Translations under genes and position numbers: made by a program
The notes under the pieces: model-generated
The model's input: the letters and a program-made list of their open reading frames with translations, nothing else
Told to the model about the DNA's origin: nothing
Databases searched by the model: none
Shown: positions 27,701 to 36,906 of the stretch, piece after piece
Layout of the letters: the number at the start of each line of letters is the position of its first letter
How positions within the stretch are numbered: the stretch's first letter is position 1
DNA from: an uncultured Anaerolineaceae bacterium
GTDB taxonomy: Bacteria; Chloroflexota; Anaerolineae; Anaerolineales; UBA4823
DNA: 64,000 nucleotides
Direction of reading: 5' to 3'
Assembly: GCA_964633225.1 (NCBI GenBank)
Contig: CAZWFQ010000003.1
Location: 26,064-90,063 of the forward strand

Positions 27701-27768
27701 AACAGGCTGTCGCCTGCCGCAACCGATACTTCTTGTAGGGTGCCGTTAATGCTCAGCGAAATCTTCAT
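24703..27768 (-). CDS. XDH-family fused [2Fe-2S] plus molybdopterin-binding catalytic subunit (enzyme B)
   Basis: N-terminal GCDHGECGACAV, QCGYCTP and CRCTGY. Then QQAHIEPH, GGGFGGKQE, SRHPM, YRGYGVPQ and AVAEIP. The preferred start is the ATG at 27768 (MKISLSINGT), preceded by GGAG. Confidence 0.92.
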   Translation of the reverse strand: MKISLSINGTLQEVSVAAGDSLLKVLRGLGYYGAKHGCDHGECGACAVLLDGKPVNSCLLLAAQAEGHLIQTIESLGEHPQQGWKITDGLHVLQQAFIESGAIQCGYCTPAQLLAAKALLDRNPDPSEEEVRQALSGVLCRCTGYVKPVQAVLHAAAVLGGKFSASLTSEGGIPVSGTGFWGSAQGPGDVIEEPDRPADPASPAVQARPRSRVVVTPQPVALQRVGKSEIKVDAVKLAQGKPAFAADMELRGMLYAKVLHSPHAHANIRRIDASRARALPGVAAVLTWQDIPRVIYSTAGQSDPIPGPLDAFSLDHKVRFVGDRVAFVAAETEEIAEQALKLIDVEYELLPTLLDPAQAMQPAAPRLHDEPEFVNFADSDPARNLAAEIRIDIGDVEKGFADADRIFEAEYEVPKVQQAHIEPHVTVTYWDEDDRLVIRTSTQVPFHIRRVLAPVLKLPVKRIRVIKPRIGGGFGGKQEILIEDVAAHLTIATGRPVIYEYSREEEFIAARSRHPMRVRMKTGVKLDGTITANSMEALSDTGAYGCHALTVTGNTGHKAMALYVGDGPYRENPNIRFYADVVYTNHPPAGAYRGYGVPQGYWPLERHMEKIARAMGFDPLEFRLKNALRAGELHPFSTAWSEGREPRPETIQTCGLEECVRQGKAAIGWDQKYGQAAWHDVPGKPHLRKGVGVAMVMQGTAIPYLDMGAASIKMNDDGSFNLLIGATDLGTGSDTVLAQMAAEVLGVRVEDVVVYSSDTDFTPFDKGAYASSTTYISGGAVTRAAEKAAEQIRQRAANMLNERLKASGAQALSAAMISLSDGRASAPNGEFVTLAEVAHNALHHENQEQIMAVASYMSPVSPPPFAAQFAEVTLDIETGQVKVDKLVMAVDSGVIVNPLTASGQIEGGMTQALGYAVCEEMVYDEKGQPRERDLRDYHIFLAHEMPELETIFVETYEPSHPFGVKAVAEIPMDGVAPAVGNAVLDASLYAPDGRGVQINENPVTPEKVWRAFMRPAGTATS

Positions 27769-27798
27769 CTTTACTCCGTCGTTGAACGATTCCAATCG

Positions 27799-29427
27799 TT
27801 ACGCTGCGTCTTTCGGTTTCAATATCATTGCCAACAATGCCGATATCCCTGCCAAGAGAATCCCCAAAACCGAGACGATCAATCCCTGGATCAAGGAAAT
27901 GAATGACAGGAACGTGCTGTTAAATTCCGGCAGGGTCCACCCCACCACTGGGCCGTTGAGCACAAAACTGACCGCCACTGGCAGCGCCAGCAAGAAGATC
28001 ACGGCAAATGTCAATCCCAGGGATGTTTCAGCGGCAATGCGGGCACTGCCACGCAAGGCCCTTAGCCCCAGCATCACCACCAGCCAACTCGCGATCAGGG
28101 CAATTGCCGCCGTCACCGCACTGTACATGATCAGGTCAGTTGGGCTGATAACAGAACTGAGCGTATAGGTGCGCCCGCTTAAAACCGCATATCGCAGGTT
28201 GAAAATAACCAGGTACAACACCGCCCCGCCCAGCAGCCAGGCTACAATCCGGCTGCGCTTCCAAACCAGGATAGCCACCGGGATCAGCATGACCACCAGT
28301 GCCAACAGCAAGCGCGGCAGACGCTCGCCTGCCAGCCGGGCAGCCCGCGCCTCGGGAATGGTTTGCCCATCTGCCTCTCCAATGGCCCGGACGTAAGTAT
28401 CCGTCAACAGTTGTTTTTGAGCCGCATCAGCGCTTTGGATGGCAGCTAACTGCTCAGCCGAAAGCAGCAGCATATCGGTGAGCGCCTGCCCCTGGGTGGC
28501 AGCCGGCAGGTTCAACCCCAATAACACGCTCAGCGTGGGGGCCACATCCACCATGTACACATCCTCATACTGACCAGGTTTTACGCCTGCCCCTACCAGC
28601 ACAAAAGGTTCCAACAAGGCCACGGCGTCTTGCCCGCCGTGTCCGCCCCGGTCAATATGACCGTGATCGCTGACCACCAGCAAGGTATCCTGGCTAAAAT
28701 CCAGCCTGGCTGCAATCTCTCGCAAGTGATCATCACAGCGGCGAGCGGCCTCGTCCCAACGCACATCAATTGGCCCGCCCTCATGGTGCCCGGCATAATC
28801 CACCTGGTCTAAATGGATCAGCACCAATTGGTAATCTCTGGTTTCAAGCCAGGGTAAGGCCGCATCAACAACCTGGCGGTCAGCCTCCTGGTCTTCGCCG
28901 GGCGTGTAAAAGCTAGCCTGCACCGCCGACTGAGGGGCTAACTTCTCGAACCAATAATAACCCGAGATGGCCGTTTGCAGCCCGACACGCTCTGCTGCGG
29001 CGAACAGGTTGTCTTGGGTCCAGGTAGGGATGGCTTCGTAATCCAGGTTCACTGCTGGCCCATCGCTGATATCAGGCCAGGCGCCCGTAAAGAGCACCGA
29101 ATAACCCGTCTCAGAATACGAGGGGGGTTGACTGTGCATGGTGGCCCAGGCCCCCTGCTGGCGCAGTTCATTCAGATAGGGGGTCACTTCTGCATCCAGC
29201 GAAGTATCCAGGCGTAAGCCGTCGATCAACACAAATACCACCCGCTGGGTCAGAGGCTGGCCCAAGGGCTGGGCAGGCTGAGGCGGGGTCTCGCTCAAGG
29301 GCGAGCGATATACATACAACGAATCAATCAAACTGGTGGCGCCGAAGTACCCCGCGGCCGCCAGGATCAAACACCCTAAGATACCTAGGTAAATCCAACG
29401 ATACTTCATTCGAGTTTGCTCCATCAA
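27799..29427 (-). CDS. alkaline-phosphatase-superfamily (nucleotide pyrophosphatase/phosphodiesterase-like) membrane protein
   Basis: N-terminal TM helix. VVFVLIDGLRLD, PSYSETGYSVLFTG (nucleophile region), DQVDYAGHHEGGP and VVSDHGH motifs. About 5-6 C-terminal TM helices. Confidence 0.8.
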   Translation of the reverse strand: MMEQTRMKYRWIYLGILGCLILAAAGYFGATSLIDSLYVYRSPLSETPPQPAQPLGQPLTQRVVFVLIDGLRLDTSLDAEVTPYLNELRQQGAWATMHSQPPSYSETGYSVLFTGAWPDISDGPAVNLDYEAIPTWTQDNLFAAAERVGLQTAISGYYWFEKLAPQSAVQASFYTPGEDQEADRQVVDAALPWLETRDYQLVLIHLDQVDYAGHHEGGPIDVRWDEAARRCDDHLREIAARLDFSQDTLLVVSDHGHIDRGGHGGQDAVALLEPFVLVGAGVKPGQYEDVYMVDVAPTLSVLLGLNLPAATQGQALTDMLLLSAEQLAAIQSADAAQKQLLTDTYVRAIGEADGQTIPEARAARLAGERLPRLLLALVVMLIPVAILVWKRSRIVAWLLGGAVLYLVIFNLRYAVLSGRTYTLSSVISPTDLIMYSAVTAAIALIASWLVVMLGLRALRGSARIAAETSLGLTFAVIFLLALPVAVSFVLNGPVVGWTLPEFNSTFLSFISLIQGLIVSVLGILLAGISALLAMILKPKDAA

Positions 29428-29442
29428 AACCTGATCACTGCC

Positions 29443-30204
29443 TCATTCCAGGCAGCGTTTTGCCAGGGTTGCAGCCATTGCACAGCGGTATTCGGCACTG
29501 GCCCATTGATCATCTGCCTGGCTGTAAGCATTGTGTGCTGCAGCCTCCACCCCTCCGGGCTCAGGTCCATCCATCGCCAAGAGCGGGGCAGTGCCCCATC
29601 CACCCAACGCCAGGCGTGTACGGCCTGCCGGCCATTGCGCCAGTGCCGCGCAAACAATTGGCCGGTCAGCAGGCGTGCGCGCCACAGATTGATATGAAAG
29701 CTTGACCGTAGTAGCCGCCAGCACGATTTCCGTGATCAATCCGCGGCTCGGTCCGGCCTGCCGCATGGGCAGCCAACTACCGAGGCCAATCTTCTCACTG
29801 CCGCCCACTTTCCGGATGGTCAGGGAAGCATCCAAAGCCAACATGACCGTTGTGAGTGGAGAGCGGCCGTCTGCAGATGCCAGGGTTCCCGCCAGGGTGG
29901 CAGCCTGGCGCAAGTTGTGCGTCACTTCCAGCCGGATCGCCTCATAGAATATATCCGGTAAGCCCGGATGATCCAGCAAGTTCTGCAAAGTGACCGTTGC
30001 GCCCAGGTGCAGGTTATTTCCGCGCACTTCAATCTTGTTCAGGTCCAGGGCCTGCAGATCAATTACAGCCACCGCTCGAGACTCTGCCTGGGCCCAGCGG
30101 TTAAGCACCGTCCCGCCGCCCAGGGGCAGGGTCAATGGCTCTGACCGTTTTATCAACCGCAGAGCTTCATCAATTGTTTTTGGACGTTGGTATTCAACGA
30201 TCAT
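29443..30204 (-). CDS. XDH-family FAD-binding (CoxM-like) subunit (enzyme B), short form
   Basis: MIVEYQRPKTIDEALRL...LPLGGGTVLN. The ATG at 30204 lies 7 nt after the upstream stop. AAGGAG sits within the end of the upstream gene. Confidence 0.85.
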   Translation of the reverse strand: MIVEYQRPKTIDEALRLIKRSEPLTLPLGGGTVLNRWAQAESRAVAVIDLQALDLNKIEVRGNNLHLGATVTLQNLLDHPGLPDIFYEAIRLEVTHNLRQAATLAGTLASADGRSPLTTVMLALDASLTIRKVGGSEKIGLGSWLPMRQAGPSRGLITEIVLAATTVKLSYQSVARTPADRPIVCAALAQWPAGRTRLALGGWGTAPLLAMDGPEPGGVEAAAHNAYSQADDQWASAEYRCAMAATLAKRCLE

Positions 30205-30211
30205 TCCAAAT

Positions 30212-31285
30212 TCACTCCTTCTTACCAATCAAAAAGTAGGCCATCATATCGGGCTTGTTGGTCACCGGGATCAAGCTGCGCGCCTCAAACAAGTACTTGT
30301 CTTGCAGCCGCTCCTTCGTCACCGCTGAAACCTGGATCCGTCCTGGTACACCGTTCGCTTCCATGCTTTCAGCCACGCGCATTGTATCTCCCCACAGGTC
30401 ATAAATGAACTTCTTGCGCCCCACCACCCCTGCCACAACAGGCCCAGTGTGGATCCCAATGCGAATGCGCACCGGGCGGCCCTGGCTTGTCTCGAGTGCG
30501 GTATCTGCCATGCTGCCAATGGCCTGCTGCATATCCAAGGCCATCGCGGCCACTGCCTCGGCATGGTCTGGCCTGGGGGTTGGCAAGCCGCCGGCGATCA
30601 GGTAATTATCACCGATCGTTTTGATCTTTTCCAGGCCGTACTTGGCTGCCAATTCATCGAAACAAGAGAAGACCCCATTCAGCATCATGATCAGGTTGCC
30701 TGGGGTCATGTTCTCAGCCATGCGCGTGAAGCCAACAATATCTGCAAACAGCACGGTTACATCTGCAAAGCTATCCGCAATCACCAATTCGCCGCGCTTG
30801 AGTTTTTCGGCCACCGGCTGCGGCAGGATGTTCAACAACAGGTGCTCGGCTTTATCACGCTCTTCTTGCAAGGTAGCCAGGTAAGCTTGCTCCTGGTCAC
30901 GCAGGCGCTTTTTTTCCAGGCAGGCATCGATACGCGCGCTTAGCAGCACCGGATTAAAAGGCTTGGGCAGGTAATCTTCTGCACCCATCTCAATGCAGCG
31001 CACAATGCTTTCCAGTTCATCCAAAGCCGAGATCACAATCACTGGCAAAGAACGCAAAGCCGGTTCTTGCTTCATGGCATCCAATACCTGGTAGCCATCC
31101 ATTTCTGGCATCAAAATATCCAACAACACCAGGTCAAAGGCCTGGGAACGCATCTTTTCAATGGCTTGCAAACCGTTCTCAGCCAGGTCAACCTTATGCC
31201 CTTGCTGCTGTAAGCTGAACTCCAGCTTCATGCGGTTCAGGCGGTTGTCATCCACCACAAGGATCGTCCCGGGCCGCTTATCCAC
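30212..31285 (-). CDS. response regulator receiver fused to a class III cyclase homology domain
   Basis: REC (VVDDNRLNRM..., DLVLLDILMPEMDG, LPKP) plus a CHD closely alignable to mycobacterial Rv1625c-type cyclases (VLFADIVGFT, EKIKTIGDNY, YDLWGDTMRVAESME). The GTG start directly abuts the kinase stop codon. Confidence 0.92.
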   Translation of the reverse strand: MDKRPGTILVVDDNRLNRMKLEFSLQQQGHKVDLAENGLQAIEKMRSQAFDLVLLDILMPEMDGYQVLDAMKQEPALRSLPVIVISALDELESIVRCIEMGAEDYLPKPFNPVLLSARIDACLEKKRLRDQEQAYLATLQEERDKAEHLLLNILPQPVAEKLKRGELVIADSFADVTVLFADIVGFTRMAENMTPGNLIMMLNGVFSCFDELAAKYGLEKIKTIGDNYLIAGGLPTPRPDHAEAVAAMALDMQQAIGSMADTALETSQGRPVRIRIGIHTGPVVAGVVGRKKFIYDLWGDTMRVAESMEANGVPGRIQVSAVTKERLQDKYLFEARSLIPVTNKPDMMAYFLIGKKE

Positions 31286-34200
31286 TCACTGCCTCAACGC
31301 ATCCGCCAGCATCCTGGCAACCTCTTGATACTGAATGCCAACCTGATCCAGCAGATCGGCGGCACCATCCAGGCGACTTTCCTTGCCCATGTATTCCAGT
31401 TCGCGGCAAAGCCGGGTGAGCTTGTGCGCCCCAAACTGGGCACTGTTTGCCTTGAGGCTGTGGGCGGCAAGCCGCAGCGCGGCGACATCGCCTTGTTCGA
31501 TCGCCTGGCGCATCGCTTCCAACTGGTGCGGCCCATCCTCCAGCAAAGTGGCGATCAGATCTTTGACAAACCCGCTGTCACCCCCAGCCATACCCCAGAT
31601 CTGGGTAAGATCCAATATCTGCGAAGCATCAGCTTGAGGCGCCGCCGGGGCTGGCTGGCCAGGCGCATTTGATTGCAAAGCAACCTCTACCAACCCATCT
31701 TTGCGAGATGCAAGATTGGCTGCCAGACGGCAATTTTTTAGCGCATAGATCAACTCATCCACCTGGATCGGCTTGGCCAGGTAATCATCCATGCCAGCCG
31801 CCAGGCAGGCCGAGCGGTCTTCGCGCATGGCATTGGCGGTCATGGCAATCACCCGTGGGCGGCGCTCGGCTGGCAAATCCTGATGGATGCGCCGGGAGGC
31901 TTCCAGGCCATCCATTTCGGGCATTTGCACATCCATCAGCACCACATCGTAATCCTGGCGCTGCAGAGCATCCAAAACCTCCAGGCCATTACCTGCCACG
32001 TCTGCCCGGTATCCCATCCGTTCCAGCATCCTTAAAGCCAGCTTCTGGTTAACCGCGTTATCCTCCGCCAGCAAGATGCGCAACGGATTGCGGGAGCCCA
32101 TTTCGGGGTCAAAGTGCATGCCATCTGGCGAAGCCAATTCGGGGGCACTGCCAACTGCAAAAATATCGACCAAAATGTTATATAACTGCGAAGCTTTAAT
32201 AGGCTTAGTGAGGTAAACCGTAAAGGCATCATTTTCATCACCTGCATCGTGCGGCCCCACCGAGCTGAGCATCACCATGGGGATGACACCTGCCCCGCGC
32301 AGGTGCTTGATCTCCGCGGCCAGGGTCAAGCCATCCATTTCGGGCATCTGCACATCCAGGATGGCAATATCAAACTGCTGCCCCTGGCGGATCCATTCCA
32401 AAGCCTCCAAAGGCGAAGCCGTTACCGCCGGCAGCATCCCCCAAGACTGTGACTGAAGGGTCAGAATACGGCGGTTGGTGGCATTATCATCCACAATCAA
32501 AGCCCGCCGCCCGTGTAAATCGGGCTGAACGCGCTCGAGATATGCCGGGGTGGGGATTGGAGCAGGCTGTGCCTTGATGGTGAAGTGGAACGTGCTGCCT
32601 TTGCCCAGTTCACTCTCCACCCACATCGTGCCACCCATCAGCTCTGCTAAGCGTTTGCTGATTGCCAGCCCCAGGCCGGTGCCGCCATAACGGCGGGTAG
32701 TTGAAGAATCGACCTGAGTAAAGGATTGGAATAGATGATCAACCCGGTCAGAGGGAATGCCAATCCCTGTATCATGCACAGAAAAATGGAGCATGAACGC
32801 ACCCTCACAAGGATCGCTTCCTTCTGCCACGGCCCCCACGCTGCCTGCTGGTGCCAGGGCTGGCCCCATACATTGAACATTGACCACCACCTCACCCAGC
32901 TCGGTGAACTTCACCGCATTGCTCAAAAGGTTGACCAAGATCTGGCGTAAGCGGGTCACATCCCCGTAAATAGCAGCCGGAACTTTTTCATCCAGCAAAT
33001 AAGCGATATCCAGTGACTTCTCAGATGCCCGGGTAGCTAACAGATCGAGGGCACTTTCAATGCAGTCTCGCAGGTTCAATGCCTGGCGTTCCAGCTCCAT
33101 CCGCCCGGCCTCAATCTTCGAAAAATCCAGGATATCGTTAATGATGGTCAATAACGCATCCCCGCTCTGGCGGATCGTCTCAGTGAATTCAAGCTGCTCA
33201 GCGGTCAGGTTGGTATCCAGCAGCAGGCTGGTCATACCAATCACTGCGTTCATGGGGGTGCGGATCTCATGGCTCATCGTCGCCAGGAAGACACTCTTGG
33301 CCTGGTTAGCGGCCTCTGCCGCATCTTTGGCCTGCTGCATAGCTTCAAACAAGCGGGCATTTTCAATCGCCCCGCTGATCTGCCCGGTAATGGTCTCTGC
33401 CAGCTTCACTTCTTCGTCTGAGAAAGAGACTGCCTTCTCATCCCGGTCCACACCAATCGTGCCAAAGACTTCACCCCGCGCCACCATGGGGATGATCATC
33501 AACGAGCGCGATCGGCGCTCGCTTAACAGGCCATGGATCTTTTCTGTCAGGGGGCTGGTTTGCGCATTTGCGATGTTGATTGGCTGCATGGTCTGGATGA
33601 CACGCATGGATGACAAATTGCCGTCCAAAGGGATGAAAGTGCCCAAATCTGTCTGCGCATTTGGATCGCGCTGCTGATCAACCACCAACACCAACCCATT
33701 ACGCTGCACATCTAGCAGGGCGATGCCGCAACTGTGCCCATTAAAAATCTGAAGCATTTCCCGGGCTACGCTGTCTAGAGCCGTACGCGCATCCCTGGCA
33801 GCGGTCACCAACCCCATGATGCGGTTCAAGACAGCCAGTTCTTGAATGCGCTTTTCCAACTGTGCGGTGCGTTGTTCGACTTTTTCTTCCAGGTTTTGGT
33901 TGTACTCTTCTAGCCGCGCCTTGGCCTGCTCCAGGTCTGACATGGCCTTGTGCTTGGCTTCAAGGTTGGAGGCCTGAAAACGTAACAAGAACACCAACAA
34001 CAAGCACACCACCACCACAATCATGGCGGTTGGCACCACCTCGGTCAACAAGCTGGTCAGATCGGTGGGATTTTGGGTATAGATCAACCACTGATCCAGT
34101 TTTCGGGCCTGGGCCAGGTAGGTGAAACCTGCCAGGGTGAGCAGGCTAAGCAGGGTCATCACCAACCCCGAGCGCACACTGACCAATACCAGCGCCACAA

Positions 34201-34543
34201 TCGGCAGCAAAACCAGGTACTCTCGCCCCGCGCCAGGCAGCCCGCCTCGCACCAGGGCAACCGCCCCCACCACATACAAAAGCACCAGGATAACCCAGCC
34301 CTTTACCTGGGCAGGCACCTGCCTGAGGTAGGTAATGGCAATCAAAATCACGTACAACAGGACATAAAGCAGCATTGCCGGTCGCTGGGCAGGATCTTGC
34401 CAACCCCCAGCAATTGCTACCACCAAGATCGGCAGCCCCACAACCGTCATCACCATCAACACCACACGCAAGACGCGAGCACGCCACTCGTTCAACAACG
34501 AGTCAATTTGACGGCTTCTGACGTGGGGGATTTTGATCTTCAT
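31286..34543 (-). CDS. hybrid sensor histidine kinase (multi-TM sensor, GAF, HisKA, HATPase, two REC domains, Hpt)
   Basis: H-box [12 protein letters not shown] boxes ([24 protein letters not shown]). Two DVQMPEMDG receiver domains. C-terminal Hpt motif [14 protein letters not shown]. Confidence 0.95.
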   Translation of the reverse strand: MKIKIPHVRSRQIDSLLNEWRARVLRVVLMVMTVVGLPILVVAIAGGWQDPAQRPAMLLYVLLYVILIAITYLRQVPAQVKGWVILVLLYVVGAVALVRGGLPGAGREYLVLLPIVALVLVSVRSGLVMTLLSLLTLAGFTYLAQARKLDQWLIYTQNPTDLTSLLTEVVPTAMIVVVVCLLLVFLLRFQASNLEAKHKAMSDLEQAKARLEEYNQNLEEKVEQRTAQLEKRIQELAVLNRIMGLVTAARDARTALDSVAREMLQIFNGHSCGIALLDVQRNGLVLVVDQQRDPNAQTDLGTFIPLDGNLSSMRVIQTMQPINIANAQTSPLTEKIHGLLSERRSRSLMIIPMVARGEVFGTIGVDRDEKAVSFSDEEVKLAETITGQISGAIENARLFEAMQQAKDAAEAANQAKSVFLATMSHEIRTPMNAVIGMTSLLLDTNLTAEQLEFTETIRQSGDALLTIINDILDFSKIEAGRMELERQALNLRDCIESALDLLATRASEKSLDIAYLLDEKVPAAIYGDVTRLRQILVNLLSNAVKFTELGEVVVNVQCMGPALAPAGSVGAVAEGSDPCEGAFMLHFSVHDTGIGIPSDRVDHLFQSFTQVDSSTTRRYGGTGLGLAISKRLAELMGGTMWVESELGKGSTFHFTIKAQPAPIPTPAYLERVQPDLHGRRALIVDDNATNRRILTLQSQSWGMLPAVTASPLEALEWIRQGQQFDIAILDVQMPEMDGLTLAAEIKHLRGAGVIPMVMLSSVGPHDAGDENDAFTVYLTKPIKASQLYNILVDIFAVGSAPELASPDGMHFDPEMGSRNPLRILLAEDNAVNQKLALRMLERMGYRADVAGNGLEVLDALQRQDYDVVLMDVQMPEMDGLEASRRIHQDLPAERRPRVIAMTANAMREDRSACLAAGMDDYLAKPIQVDELIYALKNCRLAANLASRKDGLVEVALQSNAPGQPAPAAPQADASQILDLTQIWGMAGGDSGFVKDLIATLLEDGPHQLEAMRQAIEQGDVAALRLAAHSLKANSAQFGAHKLTRLCRELEYMGKESRLDGAADLLDQVGIQYQEVARMLADALRQ

Positions 34544-34581
34544 GCTAAGACATTTGTTAGCCAGGCATCCCGAGAAAAAGG

Positions 34582-35073
34582 TTATTCAAGCTCTTGATCC
34601 TCTTCAGGGTAAACTTTCCAACCCAAAGCTTCCAGGTCAGCCTGCGTCATCCCTTCTGAGGGCACGTTCACAAGCAGTGCCTCTGCTTCTGCCAGCAACT
34701 GCCCATCCGCAGAATAAATGGCGCTGGTGGCAGTGGCGACACGGCCCTTATCTTTGCCGGCCCGCCCTACCACGCGCAGGGGCTGCCCAATGGGCACATT
34801 CTTGCGATAACGCACATCCAGGCGGGCGGTGTACATGAACCGTGGTTCGCCTTCGACAGGGTCTTTGGTGTAAACCCGACCCGCCGCTTCATCCAACATA
34901 GACGCCACAATCCCACCATGCACAACCCCCGGATAGCTCTGGAAATGCTCCGGGACGGTATATTCCACCAGCACCTCGCCAGGGGCGGTTTGATAGAATT
35001 TCAATTTCAAGCCATGCGGGTTTTCGAGACCGCAGATAAAACAATGTCGAGAATTGGGCTGGCGGTTGCGCAA
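34582..35073 (-). CDS. PaaI-family hotdog-fold thioesterase
   Basis: 163 aa. [12 protein letters not shown] zinc-ribbon-like N-terminus and the [15 protein letters not shown] hotdog motif. Confidence 0.8.
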   Translation of the reverse strand: MRNRQPNSRHCFICGLENPHGLKLKFYQTAPGEVLVEYTVPEHFQSYPGVVHGGIVASMLDEAAGRVYTKDPVEGEPRFMYTARLDVRYRKNVPIGQPLRVVGRAGKDKGRVATATSAIYSADGQLLAEAEALLVNVPSEGMTQADLEALGWKVYPEEDQELE

Positions 35074-35157
35074 TGTAGTTCTCCTCAGTGAAAGATCAAC
35101 TGGTTAATTATACCCTCTGCCATTGCCCCAAGGATCCTGACGACAGACACAATCCTT

Positions 35158-35180
35158 AAAGGGGGGGCAATGCCCCCCCC
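35158..35180 (-). terminator. G/C-run hairpin terminator after the LLM oxidoreductase gene
   Basis: On the minus strand: GGGGGGGGCATTGCCCCCCC followed by TTTAAGG. It lies in the 129-nt gap that ends the F420 block. Confidence 0.55.
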
Positions 35181-35202
35181 ATAAATGCTAGATTAATCTT
35201 AC

Positions 35203-36201
35203 TCAGGCCTGTGCAAAGGTATCGATCAACAGGCGCACATTTCCACCAGCCGGATACAAAATGGGGCAGGTGCAGCCTTGCTTCCGATATTCAGCAACTT
35301 TGGCACGCGCTTCATCGGGCGTTCCCGAAGCCGTGATGCGGTAGATCAGATCTTCGGGCACCAGGTGCTTGGCCTTGTTGATCTGCTCTTTGGTAGCCGG
35401 CCATCCGAGGATTGATTGGATCTGGGCCACCACATCTTGCGAAACACCCGAAGCCTTGGCAATGTGCGGCTGCTGGGCCAGGTATTGGCACAACAACATA
35501 CGGGTATAGTCGATCGCCTTATCGTGGTCATGATCCACTGAGCACACCACCAATTGTGGGCGATCCAGGTCATCCAGTGTACGCCCGGCTTTGCGGGCCC
35601 CTTTATCCAAGAGCTCCAAAGCCCTCACGTTATATTCTGGGGGCACGCAGTAATTCAGCACGGCGCCATCAGAGATTTCACCGGTTAGTTCCATCATCTG
35701 ATCGCCCGTTGCACCAATCATGATCGACACCTGGCGTGGAGAGCGGCGGCCATGCACCACATCCAGTTCAATCCCATCCACGTGGTGGAATTCGCCGTGG
35801 AAGGTGACACGTTCCATGTTCAACAAACGGCGCAAGACCTCCACCGTCTCACGCATTGCCACCAACGGCTTGCGGCGTTCGATACCCACATTGCGTGCCA
35901 ATGGGTCCCACCAGGCTCCGATGCCGCAGATCACGCGCCCCGGGGCCAGGTCATCCAATGTCAAAAAAGTTGCCGCCAGCAGGCCAATATTGCGCGTCCA
36001 GTTATTGATCACGCCCGAGCCGATCTTCAGACGCTCGGTCACCGCGGCATAGGCTGCCATCGGCACGATCGCATCCCGCACCAGGCGCGATTCGGCCTGC
36101 CAAACCGCTTCGAAACCCCGTTGTTCAGCATAGCGCACGTAATCCAACCCGTCTCGCAGATCATGAGCATCTTGCAAATACAAAGCTACTCGTTCGGTCA
36201 T
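35203..36201 (-). CDS. luciferase-like monooxygenase (LLM) class oxidoreductase, probably F420-dependent
   Basis: TIM-barrel LLM pattern ([15 protein letters not shown]..., GIGAWWDP). A perfect AGGAGG lies 5 nt before the ATG at 36201, so the ORF-track 16-aa extension is unlikely. F420 dependence is inferred from the neighbouring genes. Confidence 0.75.
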   Translation of the reverse strand: MTERVALYLQDAHDLRDGLDYVRYAEQRGFEAVWQAESRLVRDAIVPMAAYAAVTERLKIGSGVINNWTRNIGLLAATFLTLDDLAPGRVICGIGAWWDPLARNVGIERRKPLVAMRETVEVLRRLLNMERVTFHGEFHHVDGIELDVVHGRRSPRQVSIMIGATGDQMMELTGEISDGAVLNYCVPPEYNVRALELLDKGARKAGRTLDDLDRPQLVVCSVDHDHDKAIDYTRMLLCQYLAQQPHIAKASGVSQDVVAQIQSILGWPATKEQINKAKHLVPEDLIYRITASGTPDEARAKVAEYRKQGCTCPILYPAGGNVRLLIDTFAQA

Positions 36202-36290
36202 GTCATCCTCCTGATTAAAATGGTCGAAATTTTTGTCTTTACTGATCATGCATCGATCACGAAACCGAAGTTCAGCCCATCACGCAGAGA

Positions 36291-36902
36291 TCAGTTGCTC
36301 ACTGGCTCCATCGCCTGGTTGACCAGCTCAAGATCTTCTGGCGTGTCCAAATCCAGGGCCAGGGAGGGTGAATCAAAGATTTGCAGGCGAGCGCCCGCCC
36401 GCTGTGCCGCCTGGCAGTGGCGGGCAAATGAATCGGGGCCGAATTCATAAGGAAAGAGCCCCGGGGGTGAGAGCAGCAGCGCATTGGTGCCTACCCGGTG
36501 CCGGTCAGGAGCGATCACCACCACGGGGGGCTTTTTGGCCCTACTGATCATCGTAGATACGTCGTCAACCGTCATCAACGGGATGTCTGCCGGTAGGATC
36601 AGAACCCCACCTGGCGCATATTTGCGTGCAAAGGCAGTTGCCCGTTCCAGAGCGGTGTTCAGCTCTGGAGCGCCATGCTCCAGGATAGTATGTGCTTTAT
36701 GGTCGCGCGCCACGGTCAACGCCCGCGGGTCGCGGCTGATCACCAACACACGCTCAAGCTTGGGCACCTGAGATAGCACATCCAACGTATTCTCCAACAT
36801 ACATTGATTAAGCGCCGCACGCTCATCTTCGCTCAACACATCTGCCAAACGGGATTTTCCCCGCTGCAAAGGCTTAACCGGTACGATTGCCCATAATGTC
36901 AT
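36291..36902 (-). CDS. cofC: phospholactate/phosphoenolpyruvate guanylyltransferase of F420 biosynthesis (CofC/FbiD)
   Basis: MTLWAIVPVKPLQRGKSRL N-terminus, ADIPL and DLDTPEDL. Lies 4 nt downstream of cofD. Confidence 0.88.
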   Translation of the reverse strand: MTLWAIVPVKPLQRGKSRLADVLSEDERAALNQCMLENTLDVLSQVPKLERVLVISRDPRALTVARDHKAHTILEHGAPELNTALERATAFARKYAPGGVLILPADIPLMTVDDVSTMISRAKKPPVVVIAPDRHRVGTNALLLSPPGLFPYEFGPDSFARHCQAAQRAGARLQIFDSPSLALDLDTPEDLELVNQAMEPVSN

Positions 36903-36906
36903 CTGA

